From Schmidtea nova (taxonomy: Eukaryota), in assembly GCA_044892505.1 (NCBI GenBank), contig CM097884.1, positions 27,838,001-27,902,000 on the forward strand: a stretch of 64,000 nucleotides of DNA. Reading direction: 5' to 3'. Each line of letters opens with the position of its first letter. Positions within the stretch are counted from its first letter, which is position 1. The translations under genes and the position numbers were made by a program. The notes below the pieces were generated by a model. That model did no database searches. It saw only the letters and a list, made by a program, of their open reading frames with translations, and was not told the DNA's origin. Below, piece after piece: positions 1-14,148 of the stretch.

Positions 1-708
1 TATTATCAATGATATCGGAGGTATGTTGCACATAGGGGGTTCAAATGGGAAATTCAGAAAACATCTTTCGATGATACTGTCAATGTAATGTATTATATGA
101 TATGGAGCCGGAAGGCTCGTGGCTAAATGAGAGGTTTGAAGGGAACGAGGGTCGAGAAGTATTTTCTTTAAGTTGTCCTGAATAACGGGTTAATAGATAA
201 CGGATTAATAGATAACGGGCTAATAGACTTGGCAATTTGCATTTTTAGTGGTGTTATGGATAAGATGATCTGACAATTTTATTTTTGGGGTCCCAAATAG
301 TTATCGTTTATACGGATGCTGGCTTCATGGAGGGGTTAGATCAAAAATTTCTAATAATGGCTAGGGATTCCCCATCCATGACCATACATAAAATAATTGC
401 ACTTCTCACTCGAGCGCCCTTGGTTATTTGCCTCGATAACCAAGTTGGTGATGCGCCAGGTCGTTAAACAAGGATGGGCAGGTGAGCTCTATTGCTAGAA
501 CTACTCCCCATTTATGTTTACGGGTTCCTGCTGCCGTAGAAGGACTTACTCTATTTTATTTGTCACGAGAACGCCTGATTATTCGATCTCTATTGTTATG
601 TTTCTTACAAGTCTGATTTAAATTTAATTGCTATTAATTGCACAAAATGAAACAAAAAAAATAACAACAAGAAAAAATAAAAACGAAAATTTGTTAACAT
701 CAACTCTT

Positions 709-1298
709 TTATTTTGCACAAAAGTCAAAAAAATTTCCGTTGGGAGGAAATATCTCTGCCAACAACTCCGTTTCCGAAATCTCCGTCATGTTGTCCACTT
801 GAGCCTGCAGCTGCTGGGCAAACAGCTTTCTTTGTCGTCGGCGCTTAAAACCGATCCTTTTCCGTTTCCTTTTTTTCGGCGGAGCTTTTTACGACACTGG
901 GCTCTATTGAACATGAGGTGGTTACCAAACTTAGGCCTTCTGTATCGGTACTGACTGAACAGGCCACTTTTTGTTCCCCACCCATTTCTGGTAGGTAATC
1001 GGTCGAATCTGCGATCGCAATTCTGAGTCAATGAAGGATGCCGTCACAGAATGGATGCATCGGCGCAGTTCTATCTTCGTCGCCTACCATTCGGCACGGT
1101 AATCGTCAGCAGTTTTCTGTGCTGACGATTTATCTGCTCCTTCATACGAGCAGGGGTGAACCAACTATTTCTCAAATATTGGGTTTGGGCTTCGGCTTTA
1201 GTCAGTTGTGCTTTCACCTGTGCCAACTCCTTTTCTAGAGCTCGATGAATCCTCCATACTTTATCTAACTCTCGCTGTTGGCTTGTCTCTGGATTCAT
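709..1298 (-). pseudogene. ORF-B homolog, frameshifts and stop
   Basis: MNPETSQQRELDKVWRI..SWFTPARMKEQI, then EW*ATKIELRRCIHSVTAS, then KRKRIGFKRRRQRKLFAQQL in different frames. Confidence 0.85.
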
Positions 1299-1598
1299 AC
1301 TAAAATGTAAATGCATTTTGATTAGTGAATATTTCTATTGTGATAGGCTTTATAAGATGACAAAACTGCAACTCGGGTCCATTATGAGAACGAGGGAAAA
1401 AAAACAAGAAACAAAACCAACAAAAAAGAATTTAACACAAACTCATAATTCACTTAAACAACAATTTATTAGTTTGTTATCACACCATTGTTCGGATAAG
1501 TGTTAAGTTTCGCTTCCATGTACGGGGACGATATGCAGGCCTTGGTTTATCGGAGCGTGACGAATATGAGCTAACGAAAGATTGAGCCTAGGGCGTCT

Positions 1599-2002
1599 TC
1601 AGACAAGTCGTGGTAAGATGCATAACCTCAGCCCCAGTTTGAGTAATTCGTGTGGAGAGATATATCCCCAATATATCGCCGTTGTGGGATTTTGATCGGA
1701 GTCAATAATGACTATTACGAGCGATCCAATAGTTGTAGAATGTCCTTTATCGGAAATTGGCCATCCGGGGCCTCCTCGGTATAATATTTGGTCTCGACCA
1801 TTATTCCAGATGGAGAATGGGTATTTCTTCCCCATTTCTTCCCCAATTCTCGCCTTCATTTGTACATCAATATGTTGATTGTTCTCATGACTTCGTGGGG
1901 CAAGTCTTTCAGTTTTCGCTCCTTGTTAAACGCTGTAGTGCTGGCTGCCAATGCTGAATTTCGTTGAATTGATAGAAATTGTTCCACGGCTTGTCGTTCC
2001 AT
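1599..2002 (-). pseudogene. ORF-A homolog, nonsense plus frameshift
   Basis: LKDLPHEVMRTINILMYK*RR (stop at 1856-1858), a duplicated 11-mer, then YPFSIWNNGRDQILYRGGPGWPI..IYWGYI. Confidence 0.85.
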
Positions 2003-3529
2003 CTGTATGATTCGATTAAACATTTATCACTCAATTTTAATCGTAATGATGGGTATTTCAAATTTGGAGGAAACCCAGAGAGGTTCTGCACCCTGAATAA
2101 ATCACTAATAAGATTTTTTGGCCTTGCCCCAGGTCAGAATATATATAAAAAAATATTAAAAAAATATATGGTATTCCTTATATATTTATTCAACACTGTC
2201 GCTATATACAGCGATCAGAATTATTTAAAATTAGATCTTTAGATTTACCTGCGCTATTTACAGCGATCAGGTTTACGATGAATAAAAAAATGTCTAAGTT
2301 TAATTGTCGTGTAATCGCTTCGGTTGGTTTACATGATCGATTTTAATTTCATTTATTCACCTTGAAAAAAATGTTATAACTGACAACGAAAATTTATTTG
2401 GGTGACGGTATCCTTCTCGTGGTGTGTCCGGATGCATTTACTTACCCTGGCTGACATGTACTTGCATGATTGATCAGAATCATTGTGCCGATTAAAAATT
2501 CATGTTGGTAAAAATTTTTTCGATCGACAGAATGTGTGTAAAAATTTCGATTGATTTACTAACACTAGAATGTAAAGGATTTCGTTCGATTTACTGACGA
2601 TGGAATGTGAAAAATTCAATCGATTCACTAAAATTGTCATAAAAAAATCGGATCTATGGATCATTTCGAAAATTTAAAAACTTATGCAGCCCCATCCCAT
2701 GTGCAACTCTTAATAAAAATCTAATTACCAATTTATAAAGAGGTTTTAATCAAATCTAGCTTCTCCAATTCATCGCAAAAATCATAAAACTATTCACTCA
2801 CCATTCTGTGGAATTGTGAAGTCCCACAATAACGGCTTGCTCCCTCGTAGCGTGAGCTACGGAGGAAGCATATCTATAGGCATATCAATAATAATGGTAA
2901 AATAGTGATAATAAAATAACCAAATATAAATTATATTAATCAAAAATATAAAATCATGGGAACAATAATAAAAACATAAGTTTACAATAACAACTAAAAT
3001 TTTACTTTCAATCAAATGTCTTCGGATAAAATTGCAAATTAAGAATACTCACAAACGGTATAATTGTTATGAGTCTAAAATTAGATAGAGATAAATTAAT
3101 GCTCTAAGAACAATGCTAATTTTGTGATTTTCGGATCGGTATTTATACTGATCCAGTTGGTCAGATTGACCAATCAGGATCAGACCGTCCATCAAAGTCT
3201 GTCTATCATTTTATTTTATTCTAAATAATATTTTATTTCCGATTCAGGTTTCTCACTGGGTGGTCCTGATTTTCGAAGTAATTATTCAATTAATTGCACT
3301 TTTATTTTTATTTAATTAATAATTTTCCTGTTTCAGGACCCCCGCTGCTTGCTCTTTTGTGAATTTCGAATCCTTTTCTTTGCTGGTAATTTATTTACTA
3401 CTATTTATTTATTTAATTATGTTCTTTTTCCTAGATTGTGATGTTTTTAGTAACTTAATTAATTCATTTTTTGTTTTAATTATCTCATTATTTTTATCTC
3501 TTTAGCCCACTTGGCGGGCCCAACACGGA

Positions 3530-4455
3530 CAAGGAGAGATTGGCGAGTGGATTGGAGGTGTTTGAGTGACCCTTTTCTAACGAGAGAACCAAAGCGCGCC
3601 TAAGGGATGCCTTCGTGAAGATACCAAACTTATGTGAGGAGAGTATGATGAAACAAAACCGGGGTGTCAATGAAAGGCAGTGAACAACTTAGTCCGAGGA
3701 GTGGGTGTTAGTGATCACTCAATTTATATAAATTTCTAGAAATGCAAAAAGCCTGGCCAAAGATGGAACAACTAGAAATAGGCGTCGATATGAGCAGCTG
3801 GAAGGATACAAGGCACAACAGAGGAGAGTCCTCGGTCCATTGAAGGATTTACCTTCTTCCATAATACGCACGATAGACATAAAAATGCGCAATTTGTGCC
3901 AAAAATTTTCACCAATCTGCCTATTCTCGATTTGAAAGAACACCAAGGACGAAATATGGTATCGGGGAGGCATTCGTTGGTCCATCCCAGTAGACTCCAT
4001 ATATTCTTCCCAATATGCAAACTTGCTAATCCTTATCAAGGACGGACAGCAGCGTCCATGACAACTAATCTATTGGAGCTATATTCACCAATTCGAGTTT
4101 CAGGCCCTCGGATTCGTGTTGCTTTGTCCTACACGTCCACTCAGAAGACATCAAGAAGAGAAATTAGGTAGAGTTTTGAAATCGGAACTAAGGCGATGTT
4201 CCATTCGGCTCGGGTTGCAAATTCAACAAGTTTTTGAGTGGAACTCCACGTTATGTTTTGATTAGATTTCATCGTGAATATATTGAATATATGTGTCCTT
4301 GTGTAAATATTGTTTTGTTTAGTTTAGTATGAGAAATCTTTTTAAATTAAAAGTTGCTAAGTAAAATCGATGTCCTATGGACGAGTTAAGTGAAACAACA
4401 AATTAACTATTTATAAATGAATATACCCGAATTATTTCAAAAATTTCTAAGCAAC
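3530..4455 (+). mobile_element. Older LTR remnant R1, left part (ORF-A-like, about 3790-4170); boundaries approximate
   Basis: Plus-frame LKDLPSSIIRTID..CLFSI*..DEIWYRGG. Confidence 0.65.
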
Positions 4456-5996
4456 TGTTGGGCCCACGAAATAGTCTAAAACACATAAACATGGCATGAC
4501 AATAAAAACAAATAATAAAAATAAATTTAACTAAAACTTGGAAAATCTAAACCAAAAGAATAAAAATAAATAATTAAGCTAACAATAAACAACTCACAAG
4601 TAGAGAACAATCTGAATTTTGCAGTAGAGCAGCTAGCAGGGGGCCTGAAACAGAAAATAGAAAAATATAAATAAATTAAATAAAATAAAAGTTCAAGTAA
4701 TTAAATAATTACTTGGAAAATCAGGACCACCCAATGAGAAAACGAAACGGAAATAGAAAATAAGTTAAATAAATTAAAAATGATCGACATACTTTGATGG
4801 ACGGTCTGATCCTGATTGGTCAATCTGACCAATCGGTATAAATACCGATCCGAAAATCACAAATTTAGAATCATCAGCACTAATCTTTGAGACTCATAAC
4901 GACTATACTGTTTGTGAGCCTTCATAATTTGCAATCTTATTCGAGAAAATTTGATCATCGCGAAGTAAAGTTTTATTTGTTATGAATTTATTATGAACTG
5001 TTTCTATGATTTCATTGATAATGATTGATTAATATATTTTAGTTACGATATTTTCATTTTATTTATTCAGTTTATTGTTTTAATAACCTATAGATATACT
5101 TCCTCGACTGCTAACACGGCAAGGGAGTCAGTCGTTGTCATGGAGCCCCGTAGCTTCACACGATGGTTAGAACCTTTTATTTAATTTGGATTTTCGGTTA
5201 TTTTCATGGTTGCACATTGGAGGGATCTGAGCATCAGGCGTTAAGAGATGTTGTAGGGGAGGGAGATTTTCCGTGAAGCCCATTCAGCTGCACACACAAT
5301 TGTTCAATTCTGCATGATACGTATATCAAGAAACCCCGTCATATTTCAACACACTACAGGGAAGTATGTAAAGTCACTTAGAACCAGACAGTTTATCAAA
5401 CTGTAATTCATCAGAGGGTCATTTCAGACCGATGGAGTGCGATTCATAAAATTTTAGATCTGAGAAATGACGCAGTGCAATCCACCATAGGGCAAGGCAA
5501 GTTGACTATGCAGATACGTAGCAACTACCTAGTTATAAACCGATCGATCAAATTTATCAAAATTAACTCGACACACTCCGTAAATTCCTGTACAATTCAT
5601 TACGTTAATACCACAATTAGTAACAGACCATATTATTCGTCACAATATTTAGCGGCCAATGCATCCCTATCTAATGCCATCAGTAAAAATTCGTGTAAAA
5701 CTAATAATGCATAAAAATCAGTTGATTTATCCGTCTGAAATATGTAAAATCAATTAACACCAATTTGCAATGTAAACCATAAAATCTATAATCCTGATCG
5801 CTGTAGATAGCGACAGTGTTTAATAATTATGAGGGTTTGAGCTTCTTACAAAATATTTTTTGCAGAAATAGGAAATAGAACCTCTCCAAATGGGTAAAAT
5901 AGGTAAGTTATTACCCACCCTACAATTATGCGGCTCTTAATTCGATTACCAGACTATGTTAATAAAGCTTTTAGTTTGTTCAGTTGAATAAAAATA

Positions 5997-6494
5997 ATGG
6001 AAGCGAAAAAGATCAGGAAATTTGTTGACCAACAAAGGAAATCACCCATCTCCTCAAACGCATCAAATAATGACCCATATAGGAAGCTGAAAGATTTACC
6101 ACACCCAATTCTGAGGACGATCAATACGTTGATGTATAAGTGGAGACGAGCCTTCAAGGAAAATTGCCCATTTTCGATATGGGAAAATGGCAGAGATTTG
6201 GTGATGTATCAAGGGGGCTCCGGATGGCCCATAAAAACGGATGACCCATATTCTCCAAAGTTCGGGAAATTAATAATCATCCTCCTCGGACCCGACCAAA
6301 GACCCTTCCGAACGATTTAATGGGGACATATCCCGCAAAGAGAGCTCGCAGGACTGGGATTGCAACTCTTGACCTCGCACCGGCCTCTCGGAAGAGAATA
6401 CGAACTTAGTCAGCCAGAGTTTTTGCTGAGCAATCTGCGTCGAGCACCCATAAATCAAGGGCTACACATAGCTCACGTATTTAATAACAATTAA
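5997..6494 (+). pseudogene. ORF-A homolog with in-frame TAA at 6318-6320
   Basis: LKDLPHPILRTINTLMYKWRR..CPFSIW..PFRTI*WGHIPQRELAGLGL. Confidence 0.8.
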
Positions 6495-6519
6495 CCATCC
6501 AGTAACAACTTCCTACATC

Positions 6520-6837
6520 AAGAAAGAATTAAGGTCACAAATTAGACCCGTAACTTAACAAAGTTGGGTGACTGAACAAAAACCCATGTGTCCAATTGGT
6601 ACTGACGTCGAAGGATTATCGGGAGAAACAATAGGAAACCCCCAGCAGGCTACAAATGTCGTTCCCACTAGTAATACTCACCTGAAGAGGAAGAGGATCG
6701 TACAGAAACGCAGGTGGCAAAAGAAACTCTTCGCCCAGCGACTTCAAACACAAATAGACCACTTGTCGAACTTGAATGAAATCGACTTACTGGTAGAAAT
6801 CTTCCCATCAGAAGGAAATTTCCAAGAATTTTTATAA
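6520..6837 (+). pseudogene. C-terminal half of ORF-B (N-terminal part missing)
   Basis: KELRSQIRPVT*..IGTDVEGL..HLKRKRIVQKRRWQKKLFAQRL..LLVEIFP. Confidence 0.8.
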
Positions 6838-7023
6838 CCAATAAAGTGTTGCACGAAGTGCAGTTGTCGTTGTTCATGATTTTCTCTAATTATAATGTAG
6901 TAAAGCAAACACGTAAATAATTGATAATGAGCATACCTTGGTAAATTAAATAATAAATAAGCAGCACGCACGAAATTAATTAATAAACTACGAAATAAAG
7001 CGTAAGACCTTCCAACGGCAGCG

Positions 7024-7211
7024 TGTTTAAACATCTTCAGAAGATGAATGTAATGTATATAATGAATATAATTAATATAATGAATAGTATGAATAGTATG
7101 ATTGATTTATTTTTTTTTTATATTGTGATTAGATATCACTACATTTCTTTTTTTAATACATATAAACAAAAAACATAATAAAAAATACAGTAACTAGAAG
7201 AGTTAATTACA
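7024..7211 (-). repeat. Short (188 bp) 3' LTR of the nested Gypsy element
   Basis: On the minus strand the PPT-like ttttccggggggctata is followed by TGTAATTAAC...GTTTAAACA (TG...CA). Confidence 0.65.
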
Positions 7212-8369
7212 TATAGCCCCCCGGAAAAGTGCGGTGCATGTATAAACCATTGTCCCAAACTAGCACTCTTTCTATTTATATGTTTATTTACAGATTTGTC
7301 CAAACTTGAGACAATTTTGGGGAGGTAGAGAAAAGGAGAAGAAAAAAAGAAGTTATGTGTTTTTTGGTTATTTTATGATGCGTATCAACCTTGTAGGAGT
7401 ATTTATCGGTTGTCCTATTGTTCTTTCACGTACCCAATATGCGAAAGATGTCTTTTTGGATCTTGTATTTGATGAAGGTCTGTCTTGTTGGTTGTTTTTT
7501 AGAATCGATTTTTTGTTTGATTGTTTGTTCTTGAAGTCTTGGGTTTCAATTGATGTGTTTGGTTTGTATGTTTGTTCGGTGTTGTTTGGTATTGTTGTAA
7601 TTGTCTCAAAATCATTCGTTTGATTTTGATTTTGGATATTGTTTTGGTGAATGTAACCATCATTTGGGCTTGAACTAAAATCTTGATTGTCCATGAAATC
7701 GTGATTTCTTTCTATGAAGTGTTCAACTTCATGGTATTGTGAATTTGTTTGTTCGATGAAACCAAATGCTGGTTTTAATAGACTTAAATTTATTATCTGA
7801 TTTTGTTCATCGATGATCACATGTGCGTGGTTATCAGTGATCTTTACAGGTTTGTGTGGGCCTAGGTATCTCGGTTTTAAACCAGAATCAGATGTTGTTC
7901 TGATCCAAACGTGAGTTGCTTTTCCAAAACTTCGTGGAATATACGGTTTATATGTGGTACTTGTTGTGAATTGAGGGTCTGAGTTGATAGTGAGGAAGTG
8001 TGCTCTTGCTGTCTCTAGTTCCTCTAAGGTTGGATTGTTTCCAAAATCTATGATCTCGGAAGTTAGTGAAGTTTGTGATCCGAATAAAAGTTGAGAAGGA
8101 GTTGATCCTGTAGTTGTCGACGGAGTGTTTCTCCATCCCATTAAAACGAAAGGTAATGACTTGGTTCAACTTTTCGAGATAGAGAGTATTCTCGGAGAGG
8201 TTTTCAAAGTCCTGTAAAACCGTTCTAATAGACCATTTGTCTGCGGGTAATATGCTGTAGAGCTTAAATGTTTGATTCCTAATCTTTCAGTGAGGCGCTT
8301 AAAGATTTTGGATTCAAATTGTGCTCCACGATCTGTTATGATGTTTCTAGAAACGCCATAACGTGAAAT

Positions 8370-9473
8370 CTAATCTTGATCGATTTTGGTTGCAAAGTTT
8401 TCAGCTGTAATTGTTTTTAATGGGATTGCTTCAAACCAGCGTGTTTTTCTGTCAATCATAGTCAGTATGAGACTATATCCGTTATCCATTGGTAATGGGC
8501 CTACTAGATCGATGTGTACAACATCAAATCGATTTCCAGTTGGAAAATTCATTATTGGCGGTTTAGTGCTTTTGTTTATTTTGTTTTGTTGACAAAACAA
8601 ACATTGTGATACCCAATCTTTTATATCTTTTCTCATGGAAGGCCATACCACTCTGGTTCTCGGGAATTCATATGTTGATGAAGAACCTGGGTGGTGTAAG
8701 TCATGGATTGCTGAAAAAGCTAGTTTACGTAATGGAACTGCGAGTATAGGTCTCATGCAGCCTGGAATTGAAATGTCATAGTCGACGTCATCGAGGTTGA
8801 GGTACCCAGATGAGAAAACGGATATGTCTTCTTCGGTTGGCTTGTGTCTCTTGAGTTCGACGACTGAAAGGAGTGCCTGGTGAGTTATTGCGCAGGAACA
8901 TTTAGAAATACAATCTGCAACAACGTTTTCTCTGCACGCTATATATGTGATCGTGCAGCTGTATTCAGCAATATATGAAATTTGTCTCTGTTGTCGAGGA
9001 GATGGGTCTCTCATTGTTATGGCATGTACCAAAGGTTTATGGTCTGTGAATACAGTAAAGTTTCGTCCTTCCAAAATATGTGAAAAATGTTTAATGGAAA
9101 GATAAACTGCTAAGAGTTCGCGGTCGAAAGTTGAGTACTTCTGTTGTGCCGCGTTCAGTTTTTGTGAATGGAATTCTAAAGGTTCAGGAATTCTTTGATT
9201 GATTTGGTGTAAAACCGCTCCGATTGCTGTGTTCGATGCGTCCGTCGTTAAAGTGATCGGAAGATCTGGTTTTATGTATACCAGTGTTTGTATTTTTAAT
9301 AATGACTCTTTAGCTCTAGTAAAAGAGTGTAGAGCTTCATTGTTCCATTTAACTAGTTCATTTTTCTTTCCATTCGACAAATTTGTCATGGGTGCTAGGA
9401 TTTCTGAGATCGTAGGTATGAATTTGTGGCAGTAATTTGTGGTAACAAGAAACCTTCGGAGTTGTGTCACCAT
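8370..9473 (-). pseudogene. pol: Gypsy pol fragment: RT connection, RNase H, integrase N-terminus
   Basis: LTTDASNTAIGAVL, YSTFDRELLAVY, TDHKPL, HDLHH..CLFC, HIDLVGPL; ends at a premature stop. Confidence 0.9.
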
Positions 9474-9551
9474 TTTGGGTAGTTCAAAATTTTTGTTTGC
9501 AATCTAGCCTTTCTTGAAAAGGTCTAATTCCATCGCTTCTAATCAAGTGTC

Positions 9552-10115
9552 CTAAAAACGGGCTTCTTCTTGAAAGAACGAACATTTTTTATGGTTCATT
9601 TGTAGATTATTGGAATGCAGTGCGTTAAAAACTAAATTAAGGTGTTTTTCGTGTTCAATGTCATTTTCGGACCCTATTAAGATATCGCCTACGTATGCGA
9701 CAACGAAGTTGAATTTTCCAAGTATGTTGTCGATGTGTCTCTGGAAAGTTTGTGCTGCGTTCCTTAGTCCAAAAGGCATGTAGAGATATTCATATAAACC
9801 TATTGGTGTAATTACTGCTGTTTTGCATACATCCATGGGATTCATTGGGATTTGGTGATATGCTTTCTGTAAGTCAATTGTTGAAAAGATTTTGGTGTTC
9901 GTTAAACGGCGCAAAAGTTAATTTATTAATGGCATTGGATAAAAATCATGAACAGTTACATTGTTGAGTCTCCTGTAGTCGCCACATGGTCGGTAGGTAC
10001 CGTCTTTCTTGAGTACAAAAATGTATTGGTGATGACCATGATGACTGAGATTTCCTGACAATTCCATGTTCTTTAGTTCCAAAAATTCGTTCCGAAGATA
10101 TTCCAATTTTTGCAT
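9552..10115 (-). pseudogene. pol: Gypsy reverse transcriptase fragments, frameshifted
   Basis: [39 protein letters not shown]. Confidence 0.9.
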
Positions 10116-10571
10116 TGGTGAGAGGACGTAGCTTTTCTCGAAGTGGTAATGTTGAGGTTGTGACTGTAGAATGTTGGTACACCCCAGTGTTATTTACCAA
10201 ATTATTCGACTTGGTATTTGCTTTATTGTAACGTTCTTGAAGAGTCTGTATATATGGGTGAGTATTTTTGTTTGAAAATGATTGATTTTCAGTTATTGCT
10301 TTGACGGTTTGACTGTTTGATTTTAAAATTTTGCGGTTTTTGCAATCGACTAAAAGGTTGTTGGTAGCTAAGAAATCAGAACCCGCGAAAATAAATGGGG
10401 AGTAATTCCAGCGATGGAGCTCACCTGCCCATCATTTTGCAACCATCTTGCGCATCACCAACTTGACTATATAGGGAATAGTCAAGGGCGCTCGTGTGAA
10501 ATAAAGGATAGGGCATCCCTAGCATCTATTAGGAATTCTTCGTTTTAACCCTTCCATGAACCCAGCACAAC

Positions 10572-11510
10572 AGAGAAGTCAGGACGTAGTGGATAAAGCT
10601 CAGTGGTTTCGGAAAAGTCTTGAACGGGACCTCGAACACTGGAAAGCTCAAGCAACTAAGCTTTGAATCTAGAATCAATACCTGCGGCAATCCCTATTCA
10701 CCCCAATTTAAATGAAGGATCAGATTGGGTGCACCAAACTAGCTAAGCAAGCCGTAGCCGAAGTACAATTGGAGCTGGAAGCCACTCGGATGGAACTTCG
10801 AAAATGTCTACAATCGGTCACCCGATCTTTTGTTGAGACTGAATTGAGGGCGTGCATCCGCACAATCATATTACAACATTGGTCCGATCAACAGAAAACG
10901 TTTTGTTCGGTGGGAACTGACATGAGTGATCTGGTCGGCCCAACTGGGGCGAACAAAGGTAAATGCATTGGTGCTAAAAGGCAACACAAAAAAAACTATT
11001 ATCCCAGAAATTCAAGGCTCAAATTGACCGATTGGATGATTTTACCGAATTGGAGTTGCTGACGGATGTCCTCCCGCTAAGCACAGACTCAGCGGATTTT
11101 AATATACAATAAATGCTTTGTCTCCCAATGTGGTCTTGAATTTAGCATTAAGGATATATAGCAAAAATTAAGGTTTTAATTAACGAAAGAATTTAGCAAA
11201 ATTCCTTTTGTGGGGTATTTACCAGAAATTAATTAAATCCCGAAAATTGGGAAGGCGTTAATCCTTATATACGAACAGGCGAAAAGCGTAATACCTTCTA
11301 ACGGCCGCTAGTACTTGATGAATAGTGGGTAGCAAAGAGTAGTTTTTGTAGAGGGGCTTACCTGTCCGCTAGCCTCTCACCACCGTACACAGTTCCAACA
11401 TAGTTACCTGGGGAATGACCATGGGTGTACGAGTGGAATAGATAGATATTTATGTTAAGGCGTGGATTGCATCCATACCCTAAGTCAACAGTGAAAATAT
11501 CGATGTGTAA
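10572..11510 (+). mobile_element. Older LTR remnant R1, right part (ORF-B-like and LTR 3' region); boundaries approximate
   Basis: MKDQIG..ELEATRMELRKCLQSVTRSFVETELRACIR; continues the left part across the solo LTR 2 TSD. Confidence 0.7.
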
Positions 11511-11539
11511 CAAAAACATAAAAGAAGGACAATAGATAA

Positions 11540-12769
11540 TAAAATCACCTGTTTAGACAAAACCATAGTACGTTAAAAACAGCATTAGCGGATTGCAGGT
11601 GAATTCTACGGTAAAAAGCATGATTAAATAAAATAATAAAAATATAAAAATAAATAAAAACATAAGTACTTTCCAATTACCAAAATTGGATATTGAGCCA
11701 GGATACCGGAAACCCGAAAACGTCAATTAGAATTAATACATAAACAAATCGAATCACTTAGTACATTTGGTGAATGGTCCAATTCTGATTGGTCAAGAGA
11801 ACCACCGATAACATTATAAATACCGATACCAAAGTCAGTAGAGGAGAGTTTTTCTTTTGGTTTCAAGAGCCATTTGCTGGACTTGATTAACAAAATAAGG
11901 TACCAACCGAATTTAATTGAAAAACTTTGAAAATTTACCAAAAGCAAGGAAAGACCCGTAGAAATATCTAAAGGATAATAAATAAAGTAAATAACAATTA
12001 AAGGTATTAAATCTTAATAGAATAAAACGTAAATACTTGTCAATAATTCGGAAAACCACCATGCGACACGAAACTAAAAAATGGGAAAATGGTTAAAAAT
12101 TAAATAAAAGTACTTTTTATTAAAGTAATTTCGGACATCGAACTACAAAGCAGGATATTCTAAATGTCAATTATAAGCATAAAATAAACAGACCATATTA
12201 CCAGTGACGACAATGCGGTAAGTCCAATTTGATTGTTCCAGCCGAGTGAGTAAACTCTCATACTTTGTCCCCATAAGTCAAGTGCTGGTGACCTATCGGT
12301 GTCCTGCCACAGCTTACCAGGGAGCCGACGCGACTTCATGGTTGCGCGGGTCCATTTATTAATTAAAGAAAAATTAATGTTAGGATAATCGGTAGCTCCG
12401 TTTTGGGAGTAGAGGGAGGGAGGTTGCATATTGTCATTTGGACAAATTCATTTCATATGGTAGACATATATTTCATATAGATGAATTCAGTTCATCTAGG
12501 CAATTTAGTACATATAGTCGGAATAATTTTATTTCATAGAGTCAAAAGAATGACAACGTCATTCATATAGTCAAACAATTTCATTACATATGGTAAAAAT
12601 GAATTATGAAAATAAAGTACATATAGGTGAAATTAGGCGAAAATTTTCTGTAAAGCCCGTCATAGAGTCAAATGGAAATGTAAAATCAATTGTAGATAGT
12701 CGAAAATTAAATTGCGAATAATGATTTCGGCTGTACCTGCTGCCAATCGTCGGAATCGATTTAAATTTA
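11540..12769 (+). mobile_element. Older LTR remnant R2, left part with promoter block; boundaries approximate
   Basis: ctgattggtcaa at 11785 and tataaataccgat at 11815. Confidence 0.5.
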
Positions 12770-14148
12770 TGTTGGGCCCACCAAGTGGTATAAAATCGCA
12801 AAATAATATAACAATTTAAACAACAAAGGAAAATAAATAACTAACAAAAACATAGGAAAACCTGAATTAAAAATCAGAATAAAATAATAAATAATAATAA
12901 ATAAATTCCAGCAAAAGGAAAATTCAAAATTAACACTGGCACAAGCAGCAAGGGGGCCTGAAACAAACAAATTAGAAATAAAATAAAATAATAGTACAAT
13001 TAATTGATTAATTACTTCGAAAATCAGGACCACCCAGCTAGAAACCTGAACCGGAAATAAAATAATATTTACCATAAAATAAAATAATAGACAGGTTTTG
13101 ATGGACGGCCTGATCCTGATTGGTCAATCTGACCAGCCGGATCAGTATAAATACCGATCCGAAAATCACAAAGTTAGCATTATTTTACAGCATAAAATTG
13201 TTGAGACTTAGACTTTGCGTTAGAACAAATTCTATCTTAGCGAAAATTTTACGAAAACCTTATCAACAACAGTTATTATTTTCATCGGTATGGAGCAGTA
13301 AATTTTGTTTTATTTTTATTATCATATATGTACCCATGATTTCGTTGTTCATATAAATTTTAATTTCATGTTATTTTGAATCTTAATGCTTATTATTTAT
13401 AATTTTATATTTCATATGCATAGATATGCTTCCTCGGCTGCTAACGCGGCGAGGGAGTCAGAGGCGTCATCGTGGAACCTAACGGTTTCACACGGCGGTT
13501 TTACCTTTTTATGATTTGATAAAAATTCGATGATTAGAATGATGGCAGTTGGTGAATTCACGATGATAATTTTAGATTTTTGTCGTTGCACATAGGATTG
13601 GTCGGCAAAAGTGAAAGGTATTACGTTGAGGCTTACCATGCGTCAAGGAGCATCCCGAAGGTCCAAGGCACCTTCTACTCAACCCCTGTGTGAAACAAGC
13701 TAGTGATTACCCCAGGAGATAGACGAATTGATTAATAAAAAGTCAATAAAATTAAGATATGACGATGCGTATTCTAGATACGAAATAAGATCAAAGTCCG
13801 TTTTTCCAATTTTCTCGGTCACGACTAACAACATATCGTCAACTTAACCAAATTCAACTTCATCGACAAATGAAATTTGTAATTGACACACAAACCGATT
13901 CAGATCGAATTCCCGATCTCTCTAGACAGCTTCAGAATTCAATTAAAAAATATTAATTTTAAGTTATCCTGATCGCTGTAAATAGCGCAGAAATCTATCT
14001 AACGATTTATTTTTGTTTGGTGCAAGTAAAATAAATTAACCATATAAAGCTATTCCGATCGTGGTACATCACGACGGAGATACTCATCAATTCTGTTGTA
14101 AATCACCTTTAAAAAGTAAATTATAAATTATATTTTGGCATAACACAG

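Larger units (their letters stand above)
317..3525 (-). mobile_element. Solo LTR 1 (3,209 bp), related family
   Basis: Reverse-complement LTR termini (ggcgggcccaaca at right, tgctggcttcatggagggg at left). TSD CGGA at 313-316 and 3526-3529. Confidence 0.92.
7024..10378 (-). mobile_element. 5'-truncated, decayed Ty3/Gypsy element of a different lineage (pol plus 3' LTR)
   Basis: Minus-strand RT (9552-10115; [14 protein letters not shown] in place of YVDD), RNase H and integrase (8370-9473; TTDAS, VHIDLVGPL), integrase C-terminus (7368-8141). No gag and no 5' LTR. Confidence 0.9.
4456..10567 (+). mobile_element. Solo LTR 2, interrupted by a Gypsy fragment at about 7024-10378
   Basis: Starts tgttgggccc, ends aacccagca. 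TSD CAAC at 4452-4455 and 10568-10571. LTR consensus breaks after ggcagcg (7023) and resumes at gaacccg (10379). Confidence 0.9.

Noticed and set aside
181-230. Three copies of a 16-bp taatagataacgg unit; also (AAT)n at about 59634-59659 and a poly-G run at 17776
   Set aside because: Ordinary simple repeats with no sign of function.
628-954. Short ORFs overlapping LTR genes on the opposite strand or in non-coding LTR parts (also 20430-21543 and the 47293-48406 copies)
   Set aside because: Not conserved between LTR families; duplicated only because the LTR is duplicated.
5903-5952. Small intron at the start of ORF-A (GTAAGT donor in solo LTR 2; similar candidate at 21798-21867)
   Set aside because: Splicing gives no open frame with the upstream ATG, and the donor is not conserved.
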